A stretch of DNA of 64,000 nt from Acinetobacter phage VB_ApiP_XC38: sequence record MN508356.1; one strand, written 5' to 3'. The notes below the pieces were generated by a model. That model did not search any database and had not been told where the DNA came from. It worked only from the letters and a program-made list of their open reading frames with translations. A program made the translations under genes and the position numbers. How positions within the stretch are numbered: the stretch's first letter is position 1; every line of letters starts with the position of its first letter. Below, piece after piece: positions 39,109-49,230 of the stretch.

Positions 39109-42100
39109 ATGGCAGGGACTGCCAAACCCAAGGACTATGTGTATAATCAGCTGCATGATTATGAGGTAACTATTATGACTAATTTATCCCCACAAGACGT
39201 AGATACTCGCTTAACTGAGACTCGTGAAGAGTTTTCAGCTGAGCATGATCGTCTATGGAATAGTTTGGATGATGAACGCATCTCTCGTATTGCAGGGGAT
39301 GAGACTAACGCTCAGTCACTACAACAGAACGTAGATGCTTTGTTGTCTAACGAATCACGATTGTCTACAGAAGTAGTACAACGTGAAGAAGGTGATTTAA
39401 GAAATATTAAATCATTAACTGAATTAGCGAAAGCTCTTTCGGATTATCGGATTAAAACTGATTTAGAAATTAACAATGAAAAGATTGCTAGAGAACAACT
39501 GGGTATTGATTTAAATACCCGTGTAGATAACTTCATCTCTACTTTTGATCATAAGTTTCTATTGGTTTATCAAACAATTGAAAATCTTCGTATAGAAACA
39601 CACTCATCTTTATCTTTGTTTGATGAGCGCATCAAGAAGTACGAAGAAATGCTTCAGGATATTACTACAGACTCAATTCAGATCACTATGGATAATGGTG
39701 AGATCAATATGGGTGCTTGGACAATTCTGTCTCAGGCTCGTCAATGGGACTTGGAAATCCTAGGCAAGTTTAAGGACTACCAGACTTCTACAAACCAGGA
39801 TATTGAAGACGCTCTTAAAGATATTCAGGATAACCTGCCTATTGAACAGGATATTATTGATAAAGCAATTGATGCCTTGTCTAACGCTACTGTTATTCAG
39901 GAGTTGGATAATAAGATTACAGGTAACATAGGAACTACTAACTTACTGTATGAAGCATTAATTAAAGAAGCCTCTGACCGTCAAAATGAGATGATTCTAT
40001 ACTCACAAACTATCGCTAATGAATTACAGGCAAATCAAGATGCCTTGTTAGCAGAAGTAAGAAGTGAGTCAGAAGCACGTGTTGATGCTTTACAGCGTGA
40101 AGCTTCTATTAGACAGCAAGAGCTGCTTAATGAAGCACTAGAGCGCTCTGCAGAAATTGATGAGCGTATCAAAGATATCGAAGGTGGTGTAACTACTGAC
40201 TTAACAGAAGCTTATCGCCGTATCGATGAAGTAAACGAAAAGGCTGAAAACTATAAAGCAGATTCTGATCGTAAACTTCAAGAATTAAATGATGAAGCAG
40301 ATCAGATCCACTCTGACATATCTGCTGAACAAGATGCTCGTATTGCAGCTATTAAGAAAGTAGAAGATGGTTTAACACAAGAAATTGCCTTCCGTAAGGA
40401 AGGTGATAATGCTTCTATGCTTGCCATTGATAACTATAAGACATCTAACGATTTAGCTCTTGCTAACGTACGAGAAGAGTTGGCTACTAACGTTACAGCT
40501 ACTACAGCTAACGCTACAGCTATTCAAGCTTTGGATACTCAATTAGTTATTGTAGGTGATGAAGCTACTGCTGCCAAAAATTTAGCTGCTAGTGCTACTC
40601 AGAAAGCAGAAACTGCTCTTAATGAGACTTCTTCATTAGCTTCTCAGATGACTACTGTTAATGCTTCTATTGATGGTATTCAGAATGATTTAGCTGATAA
40701 AGCGGATGCTGCAGCGTTTAACAATTTAAAAGCGCAAGTGACAGATCTTGATGGTGTAGTACAAACCACAGCTTCAGATGTTACTGCCCTTAAGACGCAG
40801 GTATCAGATATTGATAGTACAGTCACTGGTCAGGCTTCTGCTATTTCAGAACTTAATAGTACTCAAACTGCACATGGTGAAAATCTAACTCAGCTAAATA
40901 ACAGCACTACTGCCTTAAGATCTGAACTTGATATTGTTAAAGAAGACATGTCTCAGAAGGTAGGTGTAACTGCATTTAATGAGCTTAAAACAGAAGTAGA
41001 TAGGCATGATAATAGCATCACTGTTATATCTCAGGATGTTACTAATCTAAGTGCTAGCCTTGATACTGTTACTGCAACTTTAGAGACTAAAGCAGAAGCA
41101 GGTGCTGTATCTGCACTACAATCTAAAGTCGAATCCATTGATGGTAAAGTAGTATCTAACTCAGAGTCTATTCTTAGATTAGATGGGCAAGTAGCTACTA
41201 TTGAAGAGGGCTTAAATAATAAGCTAGACGCTTCTGTTATTCAGTCTTACTACACTAAGGTGGAGACTGATCAAGTAGTAGCAGGGGAGATTTCTGAGTA
41301 CGATACAAACTTGTATATTGGTGGGCAGAACCTTTGGTCTGTTGTAGATAATCCGCTAGTTAATGTAAACGGTACATCAACTAAATCGGTAATAAACAGT
41401 GCTGAGGAGCACTACCGTACTACGGTAAATACTTTTAATGCTTCTAGTGTATGTCAAGCAGTGATACATAATGCACTTGTAGATACTGGTTATATTTTTA
41501 AACAAGGTGATGACTTCACTTTATCTTTTGAAGTAAGAGCTGTACGTAACTCTAAAATAGCTTCTTTGTATTTTTATATGGGTGGTCAAGGAGTTAACCT
41601 TGTTAATAACCAAAATGTAACTACTGATTGGGTACGCGTAGTATTGCCAGTAAAAGCTAATGGAATACTTACATCTAATGATTCTCAGATGTTTGGTACT
41701 AGCCTACGATCCTCTGATGGGTGGGCAGTTAATGACTGGATTGAGTTTCGTCATGTACAGCTGCAACGTGGTAAAAAGGCTACTGAATATCAGAAGGCTT
41801 CAGCTAAAATTCTACAAACAGCTACTGCTAATGCTACTGCAATTAGCGGTATTAAATCCTCTATTGAAAACCTAGATGGTCGTATTACGTCTAACAGTAA
41901 TAGCATTACTAGTCTCAGCAATGATGTCACTCAGATTAATAATGAACTATCTACTAAAGCTAGTTCTGATGCTTTAAATGATCTTAAATCTACTGTTGAA
42001 GTTATGGATGGAAAGGTTACATCTAACGCTCAGAATGTAGTTCAGTTAACTAACGATGTTACTCAAATTAAAGGTGATATTCAGAACATGGCTACATCTA

Positions 42101-45100
42101 GTGCTTTAGAAGCATTGGATAGTCGTGTAGTAACTGCAGAAGGTAAGCTTGAATCTCAACAGTCTTCTATTACTAAGCTACAAGGTGACTTGGCAACTAC
42201 TGCTTCTGATGTTAGTAAGAAAGCAGATGCTTCAGCATTGAATGCCTTAGATCAACGTGTTGTTCAAACAGAAGCTAAAGTTGTTTCACAAGGTACTTCA
42301 ATAACAAACCTTCAAAATAATGTCTCTACTCTTAATAGTGAACTTGCAAAGAAAGCAGATTCAAGTGCCCTTACTTCTTTAAGCTCCCGTGTATCTGCTA
42401 ATGAAGATAGTATTACATCCCAAGGAAGTACCCTTACTAGTTTGCAAAACTCTATAAGCAGTGTTGGGGTAAACTTAGTTGCTCTTGCTGATCAGTTAAA
42501 AACTGTATCAATGACTTCAACTGCAGGCGAAAGCTATATCACTTGGTCTTTAACAGATCCTGCGCTTAAACCAGACACTTTCTACACTTTGTCATTTTGG
42601 GCATTACGCACCCCTAACGTAAAGAGCGTTGAATCCTTCTTAATTGCTAGTAGTGGTGCACATCACAAATCAAGTTATGTGACAGTTGGGACAACGAATC
42701 TTGTTCGATATTCAGTAACATTTAAAACCAATGCTAATGCTACTGGTGTTACTTATTCACTACGCTTTGATCTTAACGGTTCTAGTGATGGCAATAATGC
42801 GACATTAACAGTTCAGAAACCTCAGCTAGAGGAAGGACAAGTTGTAACGTACTGGAAACCATCTACTTACGATAAAGCAGATGCCAGTGCGCTAAGCACC
42901 CTTCAAAACACAGTTACGCAACAAGGTAATGCGTTAACTTCAAATAGTAATGCTATTACTACCTTACAAAATAACGTGAGTACCCTTAACGACTCTTTAG
43001 CAACTAAAGCTGATGCATCTGCATTAAGCATATTAGATTCTAAGGTTGTTGCTATTGATGGTAAAGTTACGTCTAATACCGCATCTCTTACTGCGTTAAG
43101 TAATGCAGTAACCAACGGTAGTAATAACTTATTATTTAATACCTTGTATAACAACTTATCCTATATATTAGCTAATGGTAACCATAGTGTAGCAATAGAC
43201 AGTGCAACGTATGCGCGATCTAAGGTTTTAAAGATTACTGCTACAGGCCCTGGGCAAGATGGTGTACATCAGGCTCTAATGACTGCAAGTGTTGCTACTG
43301 TTCCTAGTGCTACTGATCCTCTTGTCTTATCGTTTTTTGCAAAAGCAGATACCTCAGTATCTGTTAGGATTCAGCTTTTTGGTGGTGTTGGTCTTCAAAG
43401 TATTGCATTAACTAATACATGGACAAAGTACACTATCTCTACTCTAAGAAAGACAGCAGCGCATCTAGATACAACTACTTTGTATTTATCGTTGCTTTCT
43501 GCAGGTGTTGCATATTTTACTAATGTTCAGTTAGAGAGAGGAACAATACCAACTTCATATTCAGCAGCTTCTACTGAAACAGGTAATTTAATTGCTGCAA
43601 ACTCTACTGCACTTTCTTCTTTAAGCTCTACTGTTACTCAGCACGGGAACGCATTAACAAGCCAAGGTAATTCTATTACCTCTCTTAATAATAGTCTGGT
43701 AATTACAAACAGTAATGTAGAGAAAGCACAGAATACTGCTAATAATGCAGCAGCAGCAGCAGCTACAGCTCAAAATACGGCAGATACAAAAGCAGACGCT
43801 TCAGCCTTTAATGCCTTGTCTAATGCTGTGTCAAATCAAGGTGATACTATATCTTCACAGGGTAGTGCTATTACAGCGTTGAATAACACATTGAATAGCT
43901 TATCAGTTGGTTCAACTAACTTATTACCTGGCACTGACTTATCTACTCATACGAGTAAAGATGGTACTTTTAAGAGTGGTAATATGATTTCAGCTACTGC
44001 TACAACAGCAGGTAGTGTTGATATGCTTGCACTTAAATCTACTGTTGAACTGCTTGCTGGAGAATATGTAGTAAGTTTCTGGGCTAAAGCAGAAACTGCA
44101 GGTACTCAGTTTGGTGTTTATTTTTATAATCCAAATACCACAGTATCTGGAGTAGGGTCAAATGGGGCATCATCAAGCCGTGCTGATGGGCAGATTATAT
44201 TTACTCTGACTACCGTAATGACTAAGTACTTTGTTAAGTATAAGCAGTCAGGTAATACATCTAAAAAAGATGTGTTATTCCGTATTCAGGCTCCAGCATC
44301 AGGAACCAATAAAGTATGGTTAGCCTTACCTCAGTTGGAGGAAGGCAATGTTGTTACTGACTGGTCTCCTTCAACTAATGATATTGCTTCTTCTGCTGCA
44401 GTTAATTCATTGTCTTCTACAGTGAAGCAACAAGGAGATACTATAGTATCTCAAGGTAATTCAATCACTACCTTAAACAACAACATCACTACTATTAATG
44501 GGACATTAAGTACAAAGGCAGACTCTAGTGCCCTAGCTGCTTTAGATGGTCGTGTAACACAGACAGAAAATGGTTTAACTACCACTAACACAGATATTGT
44601 AAGACTACAGTCTGCAATCCAGTCACAGGGTGATGCTCTAAATTTAGACCCAAATTTTAAAGAGGGTCTGAAATTTATAATTACTGGAGAGCTTGCAACT
44701 GGCAACTCTGTAGTTGCTGGTAGTTATGGTGAAAGTGGTGGTTCAGGTTTACGAGTAACTAAAGCTAACGATGCTGGTACTTCAAACACTAATACGTTAG
44801 TAAGAGTACCTACTACCGGAGTATGGTTAAAAGCGGGACGTACTTATCGAGCTACTGTAAGAGCACGTAAGGTATCTGGAACAGCAGGTTTATTGTTACG
44901 TTGGATTAGAGCAAGTGATAATGTCGCAGTAGCAGTAAGGCAAGTAACGGCCACAGATACGACCAATTTTGTTGATTTCTCTTTAGACTATGCACCAACC
45001 TCAGATGTATTCGCATGGTTTGGCGTATGGGTGTACCCAAATGCGTGTGTTATCGATTACTCGTCAATTCGTTTAATAGATAGAACCTCTTCTGTAGAAA

Positions 45101-46548
45101 ACAGTGCAACAGCTTCAGCTTTGTCTTCACTAACTACACGTGTTTCAGATGTGGAAGGTGTGAACACAAGTCAAAGCAACAGCATTACTTCTCTTAATAA
45201 TAGTGTAACGGTTATTAGGAGCGACTTAGATACTAAAGCTAGTAACAGTGCAGTATCTAGTTTAGAAAGTCGCGTTATTGATGCAGAAAATAGTTTAACT
45301 AGTCAGAGTACTCAACTAACAACCTTAAAGTCAGGTATTGATGCTGCAGCTGTTATAGGTACTAACATGCTAATTAACACTGCAGAACCTTCCTCTGCAA
45401 ATGCGCCCAAAACTTCAGATGGTGTATCTTCAGTATCTGGTATGCTTGTTAGCTATGGTGTGGACACAGTGTTTACAATTAACAGTACAAGTGCTGAACG
45501 CTACTACAGAATGACATCACCAGTTAATGCATCTGCTGTCTTAAAACCAGGAAACACTTACACAATAAGTGCTGATATGAGAGGTAATGTCCTACCTGTG
45601 AGATGGCGTATTATTAGTTTTGCTAATAACGCATGGGCTGATATAGCCGTTAAAGTTCTCAGTACTATTACTAGTAATCAGTACACCAGACAGTCTTGTA
45701 CTTTTACAATACCAGCAAATGCTACAAACCTTATTATGTCTTTTCAGTCAGAGTCAACTGTTGTTGGTAACACTCTGTCAGTAAGACGATTAAAGCTTGA
45801 AGCAGGTAGTAATGCTACTTTGTGGGAACAACCTACTAGCGAGATTGCAACTACAAAAGCATTGAACCTACTAGATACTAGAGTAGTTAGTATTGATGGT
45901 AAGGTTACTTCTCACAGTAGCTCTATAACCAGATTAGAAACAGATGTAAGTGATAGCAGTGCTAAGTTAGATGTTGTTGCTGAATCCGTTAATGGTATGT
46001 CAGCATCTTACTTTGTTAAGACTGATGTTGATGGCCTAGTTTCAGGTTTTGGTTTATATAACGATGGCGTTGGTTCTGCGTTTGGTGTAAATGCGGACTA
46101 CTTTTACATTGGTAGAGGATCTGGCGGTAAGAAGCCATTTATTGTGACTACTACCCCACAAACTATTGATGGAGTTACATACCCTGTAGGTACATGGATT
46201 AGTGTAGCACTTATTGCTAATGCTACTATTGGTTCAGCACATATTGCTGATGCAGCAATTACTACAGCTAAGATCGCAAATGCAGCAATTACCAACGCTA
46301 AAATTGCTAGCCTAGATGCAGGCAAGATTAATACAGGAACTTTAGACGCTGCACGTATTGGGGCTGATTCTATTACTGCAGATAAGCTTCAGGTAGATGA
46401 GCTTAGTGCAATCAGTGCTAACTTAGGTACTTTGATTACTTATAAAGATCCAAGTCAGCCCCTTAAAGCCCGTATGGTAATACAAGGCAGCTTGATTACC
46501 GTGTATGATGACAACAACAAGTTACGTGTAAGGATGGGATTATGGTAG
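39109..46548 (+). CDS. giant modular tail fibre / receptor-binding protein (2479 aa). Alternative start at 39175.
   Basis: N-terminal alpha-helical region, then long coiled-coil heptad-like repeats ('ITSLxNxVTxLxxxLxxKADxSAL...'). These alternate with at least 5 beta-rich modules, each ending 'LQRGKKATEYQ', 'LEEGQVVTYWKPS', 'LERGTIPTSYS', 'LEEGNVVTDWSPS', 'LEAGSNATLWEQP' (CBM-like hallmark). C-terminal 'AxIxxAKIANAAITNAKIA' repeats. Confidence 0.6.
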   Translation: MAGTAKPKDYVYNQLHDYEVTIMTNLSPQDVDTRLTETREEFSAEHDRLWNSLDDERISRIAGDETNAQSLQQNVDALLSNESRLSTEVVQREEGDLRNIKSLTELAKALSDYRIKTDLEINNEKIAREQLGIDLNTRVDNFISTFDHKFLLVYQTIENLRIETHSSLSLFDERIKKYEEMLQDITTDSIQITMDNGEINMGAWTILSQARQWDLEILGKFKDYQTSTNQDIEDALKDIQDNLPIEQDIIDKAIDALSNATVIQELDNKITGNIGTTNLLYEALIKEASDRQNEMILYSQTIANELQANQDALLAEVRSESEARVDALQREASIRQQELLNEALERSAEIDERIKDIEGGVTTDLTEAYRRIDEVNEKAENYKADSDRKLQELNDEADQIHSDISAEQDARIAAIKKVEDGLTQEIAFRKEGDNASMLAIDNYKTSNDLALANVREELATNVTATTANATAIQALDTQLVIVGDEATAAKNLAASATQKAETALNETSSLASQMTTVNASIDGIQNDLADKADAAAFNNLKAQVTDLDGVVQTTASDVTALKTQVSDIDSTVTGQASAISELNSTQTAHGENLTQLNNSTTALRSELDIVKEDMSQKVGVTAFNELKTEVDRHDNSITVISQDVTNLSASLDTVTATLETKAEAGAVSALQSKVESIDGKVVSNSESILRLDGQVATIEEGLNNKLDASVIQSYYTKVETDQVVAGEISEYDTNLYIGGQNLWSVVDNPLVNVNGTSTKSVINSAEEHYRTTVNTFNASSVCQAVIHNALVDTGYIFKQGDDFTLSFEVRAVRNSKIASLYFYMGGQGVNLVNNQNVTTDWVRVVLPVKANGILTSNDSQMFGTSLRSSDGWAVNDWIEFRHVQLQRGKKATEYQKASAKILQTATANATAISGIKSSIENLDGRITSNSNSITSLSNDVTQINNELSTKASSDALNDLKSTVEVMDGKVTSNAQNVVQLTNDVTQIKGDIQNMATSSALEALDSRVVTAEGKLESQQSSITKLQGDLATTASDVSKKADASALNALDQRVVQTEAKVVSQGTSITNLQNNVSTLNSELAKKADSSALTSLSSRVSANEDSITSQGSTLTSLQNSISSVGVNLVALADQLKTVSMTSTAGESYITWSLTDPALKPDTFYTLSFWALRTPNVKSVESFLIASSGAHHKSSYVTVGTTNLVRYSVTFKTNANATGVTYSLRFDLNGSSDGNNATLTVQKPQLEEGQVVTYWKPSTYDKADASALSTLQNTVTQQGNALTSNSNAITTLQNNVSTLNDSLATKADASALSILDSKVVAIDGKVTSNTASLTALSNAVTNGSNNLLFNTLYNNLSYILANGNHSVAIDSATYARSKVLKITATGPGQDGVHQALMTASVATVPSATDPLVLSFFAKADTSVSVRIQLFGGVGLQSIALTNTWTKYTISTLRKTAAHLDTTTLYLSLLSAGVAYFTNVQLERGTIPTSYSAASTETGNLIAANSTALSSLSSTVTQHGNALTSQGNSITSLNNSLVITNSNVEKAQNTANNAAAAAATAQNTADTKADASAFNALSNAVSNQGDTISSQGSAITALNNTLNSLSVGSTNLLPGTDLSTHTSKDGTFKSGNMISATATTAGSVDMLALKSTVELLAGEYVVSFWAKAETAGTQFGVYFYNPNTTVSGVGSNGASSSRADGQIIFTLTTVMTKYFVKYKQSGNTSKKDVLFRIQAPASGTNKVWLALPQLEEGNVVTDWSPSTNDIASSAAVNSLSSTVKQQGDTIVSQGNSITTLNNNITTINGTLSTKADSSALAALDGRVTQTENGLTTTNTDIVRLQSAIQSQGDALNLDPNFKEGLKFIITGELATGNSVVAGSYGESGGSGLRVTKANDAGTSNTNTLVRVPTTGVWLKAGRTYRATVRARKVSGTAGLLLRWIRASDNVAVAVRQVTATDTTNFVDFSLDYAPTSDVFAWFGVWVYPNACVIDYSSIRLIDRTSSVENSATASALSSLTTRVSDVEGVNTSQSNSITSLNNSVTVIRSDLDTKASNSAVSSLESRVIDAENSLTSQSTQLTTLKSGIDAAAVIGTNMLINTAEPSSANAPKTSDGVSSVSGMLVSYGVDTVFTINSTSAERYYRMTSPVNASAVLKPGNTYTISADMRGNVLPVRWRIISFANNAWADIAVKVLSTITSNQYTRQSCTFTIPANATNLIMSFQSESTVVGNTLSVRRLKLEAGSNATLWEQPTSEIATTKALNLLDTRVVSIDGKVTSHSSSITRLETDVSDSSAKLDVVAESVNGMSASYFVKTDVDGLVSGFGLYNDGVGSAFGVNADYFYIGRGSGGKKPFIVTTTPQTIDGVTYPVGTWISVALIANATIGSAHIADAAITTAKIANAAITNAKIASLDAGKINTGTLDAARIGADSITADKLQVDELSAISANLGTLITYKDPSQPLKARMVIQGSLITVYDDNNKLRVRMGLW

Positions 46549-46946
46549 TAACCATTACCATTGTATTAATTTTTATATATGCTCTGTTGATGCTTCGGCA
46601 TCACAGAGCTAAGGAGATAGATGTGCCACAAGGTTTACAAGCTTGGGATGCTGACGGAAAGAACGTAGTTGACCTGACAGATAGACAATTAACACTATTT
46701 AAAAGATATGTTCTGCAAAATACAGATACTAACGTGTATACCAGAGATTACACATTAGTTGGTATTTCCCCAGAAATTACTGTTGCTTATATTGAGACTA
46801 AGCAAATAGGTACTGAAACACAGCGTTTAGCACGTAAAGATGGCATTGCCGTAACTATTGTCGGTAAAGATACCTTCAGGCTTACGTCTGTATTGCCTCT
46901 TTCTACAGCTAATCCTTATATAATTAACTTTTACTACTTTAGGTGA
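46542..46946 (+). CDS. membrane-anchored protein (N-terminal signal-anchor), possibly fibre assembly or lysis-associated
   Basis: 134 aa, N-terminal TM 'VVTITIVLIFIYALLML'. Start overlaps the fibre gene stop (ATGGTAG). Confidence 0.4.
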   Translation: MVVTITIVLIFIYALLMLRHHRAKEIDVPQGLQAWDADGKNVVDLTDRQLTLFKRYVLQNTDTNVYTRDYTLVGISPEITVAYIETKQIGTETQRLARKDGIAVTIVGKDTFRLTSVLPLSTANPYIINFYYFR

Positions 46947-46949
46947 TTT

Positions 46950-47606
46950 ATGGAAGGTTTTAGTGTATTCAATGATCGTGGTGAGCTTATTATTGACTCT
47001 ACCATTAAAAACATAGGTACTGTATCTACACAACCTATTGGTGAAATTATAGGTTGGTATGATAGCTCTGTTACTAATGCGCCATCTTGGGTAGATAAAG
47101 ATATAGGTGTTACATCTTTACCTGATATAGGAGGGCAAGTACCTCTTACACTTCTTCGCCCTAATGATGGGGCTTGTGGCTGTGGTGAGACATACTATTC
47201 AAAAAACGCAGGTGATCTTATCCATTTACGTAACGACTACTCTATTGATACTGGTTATTTAGATGTATTTGATGCTGATGGTAACCTTATATGGTCTGCT
47301 AATAGTGCAGCTAAAGTACCTAGGGTAACAAAAGTAATTAATGTTACTGCTCAGCAAATTAAAGACGGTACTTCTCAATTCTATATAGGTAATGGATGTC
47401 TTATGATGAATGGATTACCTTGTATTATGTATCCAGGGCCTATGGGAACACTGCGTGTTGGTGGATTATTTTGGAGATACACAAAATCTACAGGTATGCT
47501 TAACGTTGGGTGGGGTTACTTCGGTAATGCAGGAATTGCTGACTATGTACAAATGGCTTATGGGGATGTAGGGTTAAACCTATACATATACGAATTTGGT
47601 GTATAA
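46950..47606 (+). CDS. hypothetical protein
   Basis: 218-aa ORF containing 'GACGCGETYY'. Confidence 0.4.
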   Translation: MEGFSVFNDRGELIIDSTIKNIGTVSTQPIGEIIGWYDSSVTNAPSWVDKDIGVTSLPDIGGQVPLTLLRPNDGACGCGETYYSKNAGDLIHLRNDYSIDTGYLDVFDADGNLIWSANSAAKVPRVTKVINVTAQQIKDGTSQFYIGNGCLMMNGLPCIMYPGPMGTLRVGGLFWRYTKSTGMLNVGWGYFGNAGIADYVQMAYGDVGLNLYIYEFGV

Positions 47607-47778
47607 ACAAGTCTTGTTAAGCCAAGGATACAAGTCAGAAGAAGTAGATAAGATTATTGTGGTTATGAATGATCCAGTAGCTTATCAACACGCACTGACT
47701 ACTGATGCAGTGGATAAGCTTATTGCTAAGCATGCTTCTAAGCTGCATGGTTTGCTCCATGCTAGAGCTGCTGAATAA
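47596..47778 (+). CDS. hypothetical small protein
   Basis: 60-aa ORF overlapping the previous stop. Followed by a terminator. Confidence 0.3.
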   Translation: MVYKQVLLSQGYKSEEVDKIIVVMNDPVAYQHALTTDAVDKLIAKHASKLHGLLHARAAE

Positions 47779-47794
47779 GAAGCCTAAAAAGAAA

Positions 47795-47819
47795 AAGACC
47801 TCTATTGAGGTCTTTTTTT
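47795..47819. terminator. rho-independent terminator (bidirectional)
   Basis: AAAAAG, hairpin 'agacctc-tatt-gaggtct', then TTTTTTT. Confidence 0.7.
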
Positions 47820-47835
47820 ATACCTAGAGTATTAC

Positions 47836-48045
47836 TTAGGTAGGCACTACTTCTGGTTGTGTAGATACAAGTGGAGTTTCTGTAAGTTCGATAGTAAAGC
47901 CAGCAGTCTCTTCATAAGATAACACTAACTTTTTAATTTTAACTTGTTTAGTAAACTCACGAGAAGTAACTACGTTACTAAAGTCGCTAAGCAACTTCAT
48001 CTCGTCTACGCTTAAACCTTTTACTGTTTCTGATGTTTCTGCCAT
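47836..48045 (-). CDS. hypothetical small protein on the opposite strand within the + island
   Basis: 69-aa ORF with no TM segment. Flanked by a bidirectional terminator. Confidence 0.3.
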   Translation of the reverse strand: MAETSETVKGLSVDEMKLLSDFSNVVTSREFTKQVKIKKLVLSYEETAGFTIELTETPLVSTQPEVVPT

Positions 48046-48117
48046 AACAATAGCCTTTTTGATTACTTGATAAGAGTCTGTAATAATACAACATCTATAT
48101 TGGTATAGGAAATTCCT

Positions 48118-48705
48118 ATGGGTAAGTTTATTACTGATGCAGAGATTGCATCTAAAGCAAAAGAGTATGGCATTGAAGAAGCAGCATTACGTGCTGTTAT
48201 GGATGTAGAGTGTAAAGGTCGTGGTTTCAATGATGACGGTACACCTGTAATCCTCTTTGAACGTCATAAGTTCTACAATGGCTTAATAGCTATTAATTGG
48301 GTAACCAAAGCTAAAGAGTGGGCTAAACAGTATCCTGACATCTGTAATCCTACATGGGGTGGATACGGTAAAGAATCTGCTCAGCATGGTCGCTTACAAC
48401 GAGCTAGTGCTCTTAATCGAGATGTAGCGCTTGCTAGTGCGTCTTGGGGATTAGGACAGGTGTTAGGTGAGAACTGGAAGGATCTTGGCTATAAGAGCCT
48501 ACAGAGCTTCGTTAACGCTATGTATAAAGATGAAGTCTCACAACTAGATGCAATGTGCCGCTTCATTAAACACAATGGCCTAATAAAGCATATTCAGAAT
48601 AAAGACTGGGCTAAGTTTGCTCGTGCTTATAATGGCCCTAAATATGCTGAAAACAAATACGATACCAAACTAGCTGCTGCCTATAAAAAGAACGGAGGTA
48701 AGTAA
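48118..48705 (+). CDS. endolysin, N-acetylmuramidase family (N4 gp61-like)
   Basis: 'ITDAEIASKAKEYGIEEAALRAVMDVECKGRGFNDDGTPVILFERHKFY' matches the conserved N-terminus of the phage muramidase (DUF3380-type) family as I recall it. 195 aa, followed by spanins. Confidence 0.7.
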   Translation: MGKFITDAEIASKAKEYGIEEAALRAVMDVECKGRGFNDDGTPVILFERHKFYNGLIAINWVTKAKEWAKQYPDICNPTWGGYGKESAQHGRLQRASALNRDVALASASWGLGQVLGENWKDLGYKSLQSFVNAMYKDEVSQLDAMCRFIKHNGLIKHIQNKDWAKFARAYNGPKYAENKYDTKLAAAYKKNGGK

Positions 48706-49100
48706 TGGTATTATTAATCTATAGAAAGATTGCTCCTTACTTATGTCTGTTCTTGGCACTTACTACTCTTGGCTTCGCCTTGGGTAATGTATGGCAAGGT
48801 AAAGTTATTGTTGACTTACAATCGCAATTACTTAAGGATCGTGATCAACAAGTCAAGGTTGTAATTGAACAGCAACATGCAGCCAATCAGGTAAGCCAAG
48901 AATATGAACAGCGTAAAGCTGATCGTGAACAGACTAAGGTAGTAGTAACTCATGAAATTGAAAAAATTGTTAGTGTCCCTATGTACAGCAACCTATGTTT
49001 TGATACTGATGGGTTGCACCTCCTCAATGACTCAATACGGGCCATTAACGGTTCCAGCCAACTTAAGACAGCCATGTCCGAAGATACAGGAGCTAAGTGA
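48705..49100 (+). CDS. i-spanin (Rz-like)
   Basis: N-terminal TM 'YLCLFLALTTLGFALGNVW', then a charged coiled-coil periplasmic domain. Start overlaps the endolysin stop (ATGG/TAA). Confidence 0.55.
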   Translation: MVLLIYRKIAPYLCLFLALTTLGFALGNVWQGKVIVDLQSQLLKDRDQQVKVVIEQQHAANQVSQEYEQRKADREQTKVVVTHEIEKIVSVPMYSNLCFDTDGLHLLNDSIRAINGSSQLKTAMSEDTGAK

Positions 49101-49230
49101 TGGAAAAAATAGCACAGTATTTAGATGGAGTAATGATCTTGTTTATTCTTATGGTGATTGCAGTGACCGTCACGAGAGCACTATCAGGTTGATAGACGAA
49201 TACAACAGGAGCTTCACTAATGGCAACTAA
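48952..49230 (+). CDS. o-spanin (Rz1-like lipoprotein), embedded/overlapping in the +1 frame of the i-spanin
   Basis: Signal peptide plus lipobox 'LILMGC'. Starts inside the i-spanin gene and extends beyond it. Confidence 0.55.
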   Translation: MKLKKLLVSLCTATYVLILMGCTSSMTQYGPLTVPANLRQPCPKIQELSDGKNSTVFRWSNDLVYSYGDCSDRHESTIRLIDEYNRSFTNGN

